This document shows positions 19,013-28,440 of a stretch of DNA of 64,000 nucleotides, piece after piece. The notes beneath the pieces were generated by a model, which searched no databases, was not told the origin of the DNA, and saw nothing but the letters and a program-made list of their open reading frames with translations. Source of the DNA: Candidatus Melainabacteria bacterium 17Bon1m (GTDB lineage Bacteria > Cyanobacteriota > Vampirovibrionia > Obscuribacterales > Obscuribacteraceae); contig JAVLKG010000007.1 in assembly GCA_032128875.1 (NCBI GenBank), forward strand, positions 298,496-362,495, read 5' to 3'. Position numbers and translations under genes: made by a program. Position 1 is the first letter of the stretch; each line of letters begins with the position of its first letter.

Positions 19013-22000
19013 TTGGCATTCGAAGCATTTCCCACAGGTAATCTTTCCAGCTATATGGTCGCCCAGGCCACAGATGTGGGCGGCGGCGAGCACAAGCCCG
19101 AGCAACACAAGCCCGAGCAGCAAAAGTCCGAACAACAAAAGTCAGAACAACCAACCGCGGAGCAGACTAAAGACCACGGTGGGCTCTTAACCGAAATATT
19201 TGGCGACCGCAAAGAACGTACCCTGGCTGGATGCGTCATTGGGTCGGTCAGAGACGTATTCTCCAGCAAATTGACCGAAGAAGAAAAGGTCAAACGTGCC
19301 GAAGGCAATGACTTTGCTGCCACGATAGTTGCCGACACCGCTGCCATGATGAGCAAGAAAGTGGCGGTGGGTGGACTTGTACGTGCCACAATGATGGCGG
19401 ACACAAAAGGCGATGCCCGCGATTTTGCTCTCGGGTTCTTGAAAGACGGGCTCGAGGGTGTAGGTCTCAACTACATCGGGAAGATGGCGCAGCCTGGCTC
19501 CAGAGCATTTGAGTATGCCGGCGCCAGACTAGGCACCGGTTTGAAGCAGGAAATAGCTCTACATGCCGGCTCCGGCGCACTTTTCGGAGCACTGAAGGCA
19601 GGTTCTGACCCGATGGCGTGGCGCGATCAGGACGGGCACTTTTCATTCCAGGGCGGCCTGAATAATCTTACAGATTTGAAGAAAATGTCGACCGCTACTT
19701 TGTCCGGCGCCGTTATTAACGTCCCAGCGGGCATGCTCGGTTTTCGGATCGCCAAGTCATCGACCTTGTCTGTTGCCAACCGTACGGGTTCTGAAGCCCT
19801 CGGCACAGTAGCCGGTGGCGTACTCTCTGGTGGCGGCTCCGGCGCAATCTTCGGCGGTCTGGATGCAGTTGTGCATGGCAAGAGTCTTAGCGAAATCGGC
19901 AAGAGCACCTTAGACGGTATGCTCATTGGCGCGGGCACTGGGGGAGCGATGTCCGGCTGGCATGCCTTCAGGCCTGGTCAAAAGGCTCCACTAGAAACTC
20001 AACTACAGGAAAAGCTTCAACCGAAGTCTCAGGATGCTGGGCGCGAGCAGTTGGCGCAAGAAAGGCAAGTTCGTACGGTGCAAGACGGGCAAGAGCGTTT
20101 GTTGGCTGAAGGTGAATTGCCTGCAATCTCTGAAGCTAGCCGCGTCAAACTGACCGACAAAGTAGAGTCTCTGACACCGCTGCAGCAGCAAAAGATGTTC
20201 GATGCGCATGATGCGGTTTCATTTGTCTCGGCGCCGAAAGAGGGCGTTCGTGAGCTCAATAGCCAGCTAGTCTTGGAGAAAAAGGGCGTTGTGACTATTA
20301 CGCGAGTCAAGGATGACCCGAATATTCCTAAGACTTTCAAGGACGATGCTGAGTTTAGAAATTGGACGGAAAACCATGTTGAGCAAGCGCGCATTTATCG
20401 AATCGATGGCACCGACGTCAAAATAGTCGTGCCCGAAGCTTATGCTCAGAAGCTCGATAAGGTTCGAGAACTGAGATTCTGGGCAGAAATTGACACGCCT
20501 TCATTCAACAGCAAGCCGATAATTGAGCAGCGTGTTTTGCGCAAAGCGATTCTGGAAGGCGATATGGAACTTGCCAGAGCTGCATTCGGAGATAAAGCCG
20601 ACAATATTGCGCGTATTATCAAAGCCCGCAATGAGATAGATTCTCTTCTCGCTAATCAAAGAGCTCTGCCCGAAGATTTCGTTGGAGCGGTGAAAGAGCT
20701 GCCAGATCCAAGTTTGATCAAGGAGATAATTCTTCTCGACGAACCATCGCACAGAGATGTCTTTAAGCGCTCGCAGGCAGATGAATTGGGCAACAGTTCG
20801 TACAGTGCCGGAGCAAATGCCGATCGCAACGGAATCATCACTTTCTTTGAAGCCTACAATTCACGCAAGAAAGGTGACACTACGGGCGGAACAATCAACG
20901 GCTACCTCGCTCACGAGTGGTCTCACCTGGTTAAGTTCAAGCTTAAAGAACACAGTGCTTTGTTCAATGAAACTGCTGAAATAGAGACGGATTGGTACAT
21001 TCGTGAGTACGCGAGACGGCAATATCCGGATAGTCCAGAACTGCAACATCACGAAAATTTCGCCGTGCACCTTGGTGATGAATTGATGGCGGCTGACGCC
21101 GACCGCTTCTTCATCACGGCTCATAATGCACCTGTTCGAACCACAATGCTGGCTAAGGCGCTGCTTGAAGCAATGATTCCTCAAACAAAAGAGGTCGTTG
21201 TACATCCCGCTGATTTCCTCAAGCGCATCGATCAAATACCGGAAAACATGCCCAATCGCGAATCGCACGTGGCTCGTCTGAAATACATTGCGGAGGAGAT
21301 TGTCCCGGTTGCTAGGGAGAAGCTGGTCGAAACCATCAACTCAGGCAACTTGAATGAAAGAGTGCGCGCGTCTCTATTGTTGGGACGCATGGGGCATAAA
21401 AGCGACATCGCGCGTGTTCAGGAAACGCTTGATACCATCACAGACCCATTGCTGAAGAGAACGCTTTTTAGCTCGGTGTCGAATATCTACGATAACAGTC
21501 TGACCAATCGTATGAACTACTTGATCGAAAATGCCAAGCTCGGACAACCGCATAGAAACGAAGCTTTGGCTAATTTGGGTGGCTTGCAGCACCCCGAAGC
21601 AAAAGCGTATTTCGACGTGCTTCGCTTAGCTGGCAGCGATGCAAATCAAGTCGAGTTGATGAATTTCATTCAGAACACTCCGCACACTGGTCCAAAGAAA
21701 ATGGCATTTGAAACCATCATGGGCTTCGTTGAAAAGGCGCCGTACAAGAACGAATTCCTGCAGACATATCTCGCTAAATTGCTACGCACTCAGCCTGATA
21801 TCAGACTTGAGGTGATAAACCAAGCGGTGAAACATCCTTCCTTGCAAACCGAAATTGAAATTATGAATCTCACGAAGTCTCGCGATCAGGCTGTTGCGCT
21901 TCGTGCGAAGCAAGCTGTTGCAGAACTCCAGCTGGCGAAGAAGTTGGAGAATTATGGTAAGTGGATCAAGGGTGGCGATGAGCAAAACAAGTATGTAGCC

Positions 22001-22216
22001 ATTCAAGAACTGGCGTGGCTAAATGATAATCGCGCAGTGCCGATGCTGCTGGAGGTTGTCGCCACCAGCAATCCCAAATGGGCGAGAGAAGCAATTGACG
22101 CTCTAAAGCACTACAATCCGGCAATCATCGCGGTCGAAGCGCATCAGATGCAACGCAACGGTAGTCCAATTCGCTGGGGCGATGTTCAACGTCAAATGAA
22201 CGCTACACGGCACTAA
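19013..22216 (+). CDS. Large multidomain protein: Gly-rich hydrophobic region, HEXXH metallopeptidase-like domain, HEAT repeats
   Basis: GGVLSGGGSGAIFGG; LAHEWSH..ENFA; AIQELAWLNDNRAVPMLLE. Confidence 0.8.
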   Translation: MAFEAFPTGNLSSYMVAQATDVGGGEHKPEQHKPEQQKSEQQKSEQPTAEQTKDHGGLLTEIFGDRKERTLAGCVIGSVRDVFSSKLTEEEKVKRAEGNDFAATIVADTAAMMSKKVAVGGLVRATMMADTKGDARDFALGFLKDGLEGVGLNYIGKMAQPGSRAFEYAGARLGTGLKQEIALHAGSGALFGALKAGSDPMAWRDQDGHFSFQGGLNNLTDLKKMSTATLSGAVINVPAGMLGFRIAKSSTLSVANRTGSEALGTVAGGVLSGGGSGAIFGGLDAVVHGKSLSEIGKSTLDGMLIGAGTGGAMSGWHAFRPGQKAPLETQLQEKLQPKSQDAGREQLAQERQVRTVQDGQERLLAEGELPAISEASRVKLTDKVESLTPLQQQKMFDAHDAVSFVSAPKEGVRELNSQLVLEKKGVVTITRVKDDPNIPKTFKDDAEFRNWTENHVEQARIYRIDGTDVKIVVPEAYAQKLDKVRELRFWAEIDTPSFNSKPIIEQRVLRKAILEGDMELARAAFGDKADNIARIIKARNEIDSLLANQRALPEDFVGAVKELPDPSLIKEIILLDEPSHRDVFKRSQADELGNSSYSAGANADRNGIITFFEAYNSRKKGDTTGGTINGYLAHEWSHLVKFKLKEHSALFNETAEIETDWYIREYARRQYPDSPELQHHENFAVHLGDELMAADADRFFITAHNAPVRTTMLAKALLEAMIPQTKEVVVHPADFLKRIDQIPENMPNRESHVARLKYIAEEIVPVAREKLVETINSGNLNERVRASLLLGRMGHKSDIARVQETLDTITDPLLKRTLFSSVSNIYDNSLTNRMNYLIENAKLGQPHRNEALANLGGLQHPEAKAYFDVLRLAGSDANQVELMNFIQNTPHTGPKKMAFETIMGFVEKAPYKNEFLQTYLAKLLRTQPDIRLEVINQAVKHPSLQTEIEIMNLTKSRDQAVALRAKQAVAELQLAKKLENYGKWIKGGDEQNKYVAIQELAWLNDNRAVPMLLEVVATSNPKWAREAIDALKHYNPAIIAVEAHQMQRNGSPIRWGDVQRQMNATRH

Positions 22217-22230
22217 GGTTAGTGTAATAG

Positions 22231-22257
22231 AGTGTCGACGCCATGCGTCGACACTAC
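22231..22257. repeat. GTAG-type REP palindrome between convergent genes
   Basis: agtgtcgacgccatgcgtcgacactac. Confidence 0.7.
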
Positions 22258-22281
22258 GGTATTCACAAGCTTATAGTGATT

Positions 22282-24249
22282 CTAGGCCGGGTGGAACATC
22301 TGGAAGAGCTTGTCCATGGAGAAGCTCATTCTGACTGGGCGTCCGTGCGGGCAGGTGTCGTTGCGAGGTGTTGCTATCCAATCACACAGCAGTGAAACGA
22401 TTGAATCTTCGGAAAGTGTCATGCCGTTTTTCACAGCAGACTGGCAAGCAATTGACTTGGTTGCTTCCAAAATGATGTTGGCGTGATCGCAGGTGATGAG
22501 CTGGTCTAAGAGTTCTTGAATTGCCGTCTCGTAATTCTTGTGTGCGAGTTCAAGCGGAACTTGCGTGCAGCAGCTGCCACCGTCTTCGGTGTGCTCGAAT
22601 TCAAAACCAAGTTTCGATAATGTCTCTTGGTTCTCTTTCAGGCACGCAGATTGTTCGGCGCTCAGTCGCAGAGGGGCTGATATCAACAGCGTTTGTGTAA
22701 GTTCTGTCAAGCGCCCAGGTTCGCTTTGAACTGCCAGCAGCCGTTCGTAAATTGTTCTCTCGTGGGCAATATGTTGCTCGATTATTTCTAACCCTTGTTC
22801 CGACTCGACCAAGAAATAAGTGTTCTTCAAATACGCAAGAAGTCGCCAACCATCTGGCAATTGACGGCGTGTTTGGGTTGTTGTCGAAGGAGTGTAGGAA
22901 GTTTCCTCATTTGACTCTTCCGATTCAAATGAACGTTCTTTTGTGCTTTCACGAGCAAAAATTGTTTCCCCTGCAATCCGCATGTCGCCCCGATTTACAT
23001 CGGGTTGGCTGGTAGGCAGATTGAAGGTCAGGCGGTCACGAAATCCAAGCTGACGCGTGCGCGCTGGGGATTCCGCAACAATAGAGCTTTGCTCCGTGTG
23101 CGCTTCCTCGCCTGCCTTTTCGAAGCGGGCATAAGCGATTTGTGCATCAGGAGATGTGTAGGTTTCAGTTTCTGCCGAGCGGGATTCAACGATCAGACTA
23201 ACTGCTGCGAGCTCAGGCTTGGGCTGTGACGCTGCGAGTGCGTGGTCGATTTCGTGGCGAGGAACAGATCGCATTGCAGTGACAATTGCGCGCTGAACGG
23301 TCAAATAGACCTCGTTGCCTTGACTGTATTTGATTTCTTTTTTGGTCGGGTGGATGTTGACGTCGACGTGTGACGGGTCGACTTCAATTGCAATAACTGC
23401 GAAAGGATGTCTGCCCCTAGGAATGAGGTCGCTGTAGGCGTATTCCAGAGCTTTATAAGTGAGGGGGCAGCGTACCGGGCGGTTGTTGACCATAGTCAAA
23501 ATCGCCTTGCGGTCTCCTCTGAAATGAACTGGTTTTGCAACCAGTCCGCGCACTTTAACGCCGCTTGTGACGTCGTGATTGTTGACTTCGATGAGCGCTT
23601 CGTTGCCGGTGAAAAGCTTTGCTTCTTTCACCACAATTCTCAAATCATTTGAGCCGCTGGTGCGCATGTGCACAGTGCCTTCGTGCTCTACGGAGATTGC
23701 CACGTGTGGATAAGCGATAGCGAGGCTCTGCACAATTTCTTGAATGTGCGCGAATTCCGTTGAAGCTTTTTTGAGGAATTTCAATCGAGCTGGGACGTTG
23801 TAAAACAAGTCCACGACTTCCATCGTCGTGCCGGGGGCGCAGCCTGTCTCTGTGCTTGTGATCTTGCCTTCTTGGGCGTCGATGCGGAAGCCACTCGCTG
23901 CGTCTTTCAGGCGTGTGTAGCAGGTGACTTTGGCGACTGAAGCGATGGAGGGCAGTGCTTCTCCGCGGAAGCCGAGCGAAGTGAGGCGCCAGAGATCGTC
24001 CGCGCTGGCTAACTTTGAAGTGGCGTGGCGCTGGAATGCGAGGATTGCATCCTCTGGCAGCATCCCATGCCCATTGTCGGCGATTGAAATGGTTCGGCAG
24101 CCTTCCGATACGCTAATCGATATATCGGTTGCTCCGGCGTCGATGGAGTTTTCAACCAGCTCTTTAACGACCGATGACGGGCGTTCCACCACTTCCCCTG
24201 CGGCGATTTGGCTGGCTATGTAGTCAGGGAGAACTTGTACTTTAGGCAT
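22282..24249 (-). CDS. mutL: DNA mismatch repair endonuclease MutL
   Basis: IAAGEVVERPSSVVKELVENSIDAGA, GFRGEAL, DVNIHPTK, EQHIAHER, CPHGRP. Confidence 0.97.
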   Translation of the reverse strand: MPKVQVLPDYIASQIAAGEVVERPSSVVKELVENSIDAGATDISISVSEGCRTISIADNGHGMLPEDAILAFQRHATSKLASADDLWRLTSLGFRGEALPSIASVAKVTCYTRLKDAASGFRIDAQEGKITSTETGCAPGTTMEVVDLFYNVPARLKFLKKASTEFAHIQEIVQSLAIAYPHVAISVEHEGTVHMRTSGSNDLRIVVKEAKLFTGNEALIEVNNHDVTSGVKVRGLVAKPVHFRGDRKAILTMVNNRPVRCPLTYKALEYAYSDLIPRGRHPFAVIAIEVDPSHVDVNIHPTKKEIKYSQGNEVYLTVQRAIVTAMRSVPRHEIDHALAASQPKPELAAVSLIVESRSAETETYTSPDAQIAYARFEKAGEEAHTEQSSIVAESPARTRQLGFRDRLTFNLPTSQPDVNRGDMRIAGETIFARESTKERSFESEESNEETSYTPSTTTQTRRQLPDGWRLLAYLKNTYFLVESEQGLEIIEQHIAHERTIYERLLAVQSEPGRLTELTQTLLISAPLRLSAEQSACLKENQETLSKLGFEFEHTEDGGSCCTQVPLELAHKNYETAIQELLDQLITCDHANIILEATKSIACQSAVKNGMTLSEDSIVSLLCDWIATPRNDTCPHGRPVRMSFSMDKLFQMFHPA

Positions 24250-24483
24250 GGGCAGATTCTAACAGAGGCTTCCCTGCGCGTCCGTATCCGCACCCTGTGC
24301 CGATAGTTGGAAGTTATTTATATCTTGCAAACCGGTTGGATTTCGCCATTTAATGGCTAATCTGTGCATTTAACGCGCAGAACAAAGTAAATTTAACGCT
24401 CATGTACTAGCATTTGAGATTGAAATTAGTCTTCCAATTTTCTCGTTGTATATATCTTTGGTTCTAAGAGGTGCTGAGGCAAC

Positions 24484-25092
24484 ATGGGCAGGGACATCGC
24501 GATGCCGGACAATGTCGTTCTGGAGCTTGTGGGCGACTCAACGGAGATGGATCCTGAGATTTTCTTTGAGGAACTACTGGGACTTGTAGAGCGCTCGATT
24601 TTGCAAGGGCGCCTCCTTATCTCGCTGAAACAGGCGGGTTTGACACTGGTTTCGCTGGACACGTCTTCCAAGCCTTACAAGCAGGTCAGCGACTTCTTGA
24701 TTGACAATCCGCTAAAACAACAAAAGTTCGAAGCTGAGGGCGAAGAAGGTTGTTATCGCATTGAGCTTCCCTTCACCGATGAAATGATTCAGGAGTTGGA
24801 GAGTTTCGCGCCAGAGCTTGATTTAGATCCGCAGGAGATTGACGAAATCGTTGCTGCCTTCTTGCGCTTGTTTCACGCATTCGTCGGCTTCGAGGTCGAC
24901 AATGAAGAGTTCGGATATCAGGCGGCAATACGCGGATTGAAAGAAGATCTCGAAGACTTCCACGAGAAAGGTTGGACGATGTCCGGCATGGCTGGTGTTG
25001 TCGATACACCCGCGACGATGGATTCAAACATCGTCTGGGCGAGTGAAGCTAAAAAGCCAAAGGACAACCCGGTTTTCTGTGTTTTTGATTGA
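24484..25092 (+). CDS. Acidic hypothetical protein
   Basis: Open 202-aa frame, D/E-rich, directly upstream of the kinase. Confidence 0.7.
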   Translation: MGRDIAMPDNVVLELVGDSTEMDPEIFFEELLGLVERSILQGRLLISLKQAGLTLVSLDTSSKPYKQVSDFLIDNPLKQQKFEAEGEEGCYRIELPFTDEMIQELESFAPELDLDPQEIDEIVAAFLRLFHAFVGFEVDNEEFGYQAAIRGLKEDLEDFHEKGWTMSGMAGVVDTPATMDSNIVWASEAKKPKDNPVFCVFD

Positions 25093-25104
25093 TGTTCGAA
25101 CTTG

Positions 25105-26271
25105 ATGACGAGCGCTAGCGACAAGCGATTCTGGTTTTCTGTGCTGCTTGCGGTACTTATAGCGGTGATTGCGGTAATTGGGATGCGCAATTTCGTCTCG
25201 TTTGAGACTGAAGTGTTTGAGCGTCTAATGCTTGCATTTGGGGAAACAGAATCCACTTTGAAGGCTGGAGGTGGCAACCCAGTTGCACAACTGGTATGGG
25301 TTGCGGTGGTTTCTGCGTCGTTGTCTTTTGCTGGTATTTTTGCCGGGACGAAACTTCAAGTAGCGGCGAATCAGCGCTTGGTTGTGTTTCTTGTGGTGTT
25401 TATCCAATTGCTTGGCGTTTCTCTCTTGCTCGATTGGGTTGTATGGAAATACCTGCACATCAGCCTTGCGCCTGTTACTTTTGTTGTTTCAATCATTCTT
25501 GGATTGGCCGGAGGCTTTGCAATTCGTCGCTGGGATGATGGCGATGTCCGCCTGCAGTCCCAGTTTTATCAATTGAAGGTGCGCAACAATGAGCTGCGAG
25601 ATGTGCGTTTGCAAATGGTCAGACAAGATGAAGTAGAGCGCAGGATGCTGGCTGCCGACCTGCATGATCAAGTTCTGAACGACATGAAAAGGTTGCGCAA
25701 AAAATTCGAAGCATATGCAAAAGACAGAACTGATGAGCAGAAAGCAGAGATCGACCAAATACTTGCAACGACTATGGTCGAAATTCGCGAAGTTATGGAC
25801 AGTTTGTGCCCATCCGCGCTAGAGCATCTCGGATTGACTGCCGCGCTTGAAGATTGTGCGCGAAAAGCGGGAGAAAAGGGCGGCTTCAAAGCGCGTTGCA
25901 AGAGTAAGGTCGAAGATGCTGATGTGGAAAAACTTTCGCTGGTTGAACAGTCATTGCTCTACCGCCTTGTGCAGGAAGCGCTCACCAATGTGATTAAACA
26001 CGCCGAGGCGAAAACCGTCCGCATCAATACTGAGAGGGACGGGGAGAGCTTGCTGGTTACGGTTTCGGACGACGGGAAGGGGTTGCCGGAAGGCAAAGCA
26101 AATGAGGAGTCCAGAGGTTTACGCTATATGCGCCAGAGGGCAGATCTGATTGGGGCGACCATCTCATTTCGCGCAGGCGATCTGGTCGCCAATTCTGGAA
26201 ACCCTGGAACAGTAGTGGAGATACGGGTAGACCTTGCAGGGAGAACAGCAGTTGAAAGTACTGGTGGTTGA
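25105..26271 (+). CDS. Membrane sensor histidine kinase (HisKA_3, NarX/DesK type)
   Basis: Four TM; ERRMLAADLHD, QEALTNVIKHA, DDGKG, GLRYMRQRA. Confidence 0.92.
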   Translation: MTSASDKRFWFSVLLAVLIAVIAVIGMRNFVSFETEVFERLMLAFGETESTLKAGGGNPVAQLVWVAVVSASLSFAGIFAGTKLQVAANQRLVVFLVVFIQLLGVSLLLDWVVWKYLHISLAPVTFVVSIILGLAGGFAIRRWDDGDVRLQSQFYQLKVRNNELRDVRLQMVRQDEVERRMLAADLHDQVLNDMKRLRKKFEAYAKDRTDEQKAEIDQILATTMVEIREVMDSLCPSALEHLGLTAALEDCARKAGEKGGFKARCKSKVEDADVEKLSLVEQSLLYRLVQEALTNVIKHAEAKTVRINTERDGESLLVTVSDDGKGLPEGKANEESRGLRYMRQRADLIGATISFRAGDLVANSGNPGTVVEIRVDLAGRTAVESTGG

Positions 26272-27001
26272 GGATGTTCCGGCGTTGAGGGCGCATGCCA
26301 TAGATGCCGTGAAGAGGCTTTTCCCGAAGGCAGAAGTTGCTGAAGCAACGAATGGCGCTGAGGGGCTGGAACTCGCGCAGAGCACCTCGCCGGACTTCAT
26401 CATTATGGATGTGTCGATGCCGGAAATGAGTGGCATCAAGGCAGCGCAAAAGATTTGGCAAAGTTCTCCGCAGCGCAAGATACTTTTCTGGTCGCAGTAT
26501 CATCGCGAGGCGTATGTTCGCGAACTCGGCAAAATTGTGCCAGACGAGGCCATTCACGGCTATTTGCTGAAGTCGGAAGGCGACGACAAGCTGGAAGAGG
26601 CAATCAATTCGGTTTGCAATGAAGACAATCCGTACATCGATCCGATCGTGCGTGGTGTACAAGCGCGCTTGAAGTGCAAAGACAGCTCACTGACTGATGT
26701 TGAGTTTGAAACGCTCGTGGATATTGCCACTGGTCTCACGGATAAAGCTATCGCCGCTCGCCGTCACATCAGTGTGCGTGGGGTTCAAAACCGCCTATCA
26801 ATGCTGCTGGACAAGCTCGTCAAAGGCGAAGATACGCATCTGCGCGAAACAGCCGGCATGGAGATTTTCAACCCGCGTACGCGTGTTGTGTTCGAAGCGC
26901 TGCGCCGCGGTTTGGTCGACCCTGATGAAGTTCAGCAACTCGAATCCGATCTGACTGAGTGGTTTGACGAAGAGTTCGACTACCAGCGCGCAGCGAAATA
27001 G
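26252..27001 (+). CDS. NarL/LuxR-family response regulator
   Basis: VLVVED, IMDVSMPEMSG, GYLLKS, LTDVE..GLTDKAIA HTH. Confidence 0.92.
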   Translation: MKVLVVEDVPALRAHAIDAVKRLFPKAEVAEATNGAEGLELAQSTSPDFIIMDVSMPEMSGIKAAQKIWQSSPQRKILFWSQYHREAYVRELGKIVPDEAIHGYLLKSEGDDKLEEAINSVCNEDNPYIDPIVRGVQARLKCKDSSLTDVEFETLVDIATGLTDKAIAARRHISVRGVQNRLSMLLDKLVKGEDTHLRETAGMEIFNPRTRVVFEALRRGLVDPDEVQQLESDLTEWFDEEFDYQRAAK

Positions 27002-27144
27002 CGTCTCCTCAATTTCAAAACCTATGAGAGTTCAAAAGCGATAGTTTTTGGTCACTCGAATTACAAAAAATAAAAGCTGCTGCTGATGCGGTTTGCGCCA
27101 CCGTCTTTTTAAAGGGATTTTGGACATCCCTGGAGAACAGAAAA

Positions 27145-27665
27145 TTGCGTGTTGGAATTTATGTCCGTGTCTCAACTGCAGACCAGCAAACGCTGCCGAT
27201 GAAACTGGCTGCGATCAAGAAACATGTCAAAGCCCGCAGCTGGAAAACAGGTTTGGAAGTGGATGATATTGGATCTGGCGCTGTAAATCGAAGGCAGCGC
27301 GAGCAGTTGACGCGGGTAGCGCGCTGGCGAGAAATAGATACGATTGTAGAAGCGATCGCTTGGAGCGTCCTCAGCCTGATTTAGTAGCTACATTACAGGA
27401 GCCTGGAAATCAGGTGGGCTTTGTTTCGATTACTGCAGCAAATTGCTTTACCACCTCAACGGGAAGGGTGCTGGCGGGCATGCAAGCCGTCTTTACGGAA
27501 TTCAAGGGAGATGGTCAGCGAACGGGTGAAAACCGGCATTTCCACGCGCGCAAGAAAGGGGCGGCAGCATTGCAAGCTGACAAAGTTGGAAAGCTGCATC
27601 AGCAAAGCCGACCAAAGGCTGAAATGAAAATAGCCAGCCGGGTTGGCATGGTCGAACTTCAATGA
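27145..27665 (+). pseudogene. Frameshifted serine recombinase/resolvase remnant
   Basis: IYVRVSTADQQ in one frame, TTSTGRVLAGMQAVFTEF in a second, ERVKTGI in a third. Confidence 0.8.
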
Positions 27666-27772
27666 TTCGGATTTGGCTATCTGGCGACTTAGACCGGTCT
27701 ATTATCAATGGTGAAAAAAACACCATGTCTTATCGTTGGTTTTCTGGCGTTCTTGGTTAATGTCCACTGGCA

Positions 27773-28348
27773 TTAATGGTTCGATCTGGCTTTTAATGCG
27801 TTTCCGTATTGCACTTCGGCATTAGTAAGTGGTTGCCCCTTGCTATGAACTCTATTTCTAATTTCGAGAAACTCTTTTATTAGTGGTTCTGCTTTTTGTT
27901 CTTCTCCAACAGACAAATAATAAGTCGCATATTGATAAAGTCTCGATTGGAGAAGTGAACTATTCGCGCCTTTTAGTCTTCCAAGATGCAAATTATTTCG
28001 AATGTAGCCATCTACAATTCGATTGTCTTTTTGACCATAAGTGCTGGGAACATGTGCCTCAAATTGGAAACCAATAGAAGCTTTCCGTTCGTTCCTCGTG
28101 CCGTCCTGTTGGATTTCTGCGACTAACCCGTCGGAATATTTCTCAATTGTCCGGCTTTTGTCTACTTCTGTACTTTTTAGAAATACAATTTCATTAGGAA
28201 ACAATGGACCTCCAATAGTGCCTAGTGTTTTTTCTCCATAATTTCTCGGCAGTGAAATTATTGAATCTGAAGATTGAGCGCATGGAATAGTAGCGCTGCA
28301 AAAGGACAACAAAATCAAATATGGGAAAGTTTTGTTCATGTGCTTCAT
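27773..28348 (-). CDS. Exported hypothetical protein (AT-rich gene)
   Basis: Signal peptide; TPR-like C-terminus. Confidence 0.65.
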   Translation of the reverse strand: MKHMNKTFPYLILLSFCSATIPCAQSSDSIISLPRNYGEKTLGTIGGPLFPNEIVFLKSTEVDKSRTIEKYSDGLVAEIQQDGTRNERKASIGFQFEAHVPSTYGQKDNRIVDGYIRNNLHLGRLKGANSSLLQSRLYQYATYYLSVGEEQKAEPLIKEFLEIRNRVHSKGQPLTNAEVQYGNALKARSNH

Positions 28349-28392
28349 AGATACCTCGCAAAAACTCAACTTATCAAAATTTTTTCGAAAAG

Positions 28393-28424
28393 GGAACTGT
28401 GCAGGAATTTTCCTGCACAGTTCC
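28393..28424. terminator. Long stem-loop, probable terminator
   Basis: ggaactgtgcagga / tcctgcacagttcc just downstream of the 28441 stop. Confidence 0.65.
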
Positions 28425-28440
28425 AGTTAAACCTTAGTTA

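Noticed and set aside
22282-24249. MutL EQHIAHER instead of DQHAxxER as an inactive endonuclease
   Set aside because: As I recall, this variant is normal in cyanobacterial-lineage MutL, and the ACxxA and CPHGRP motifs are intact
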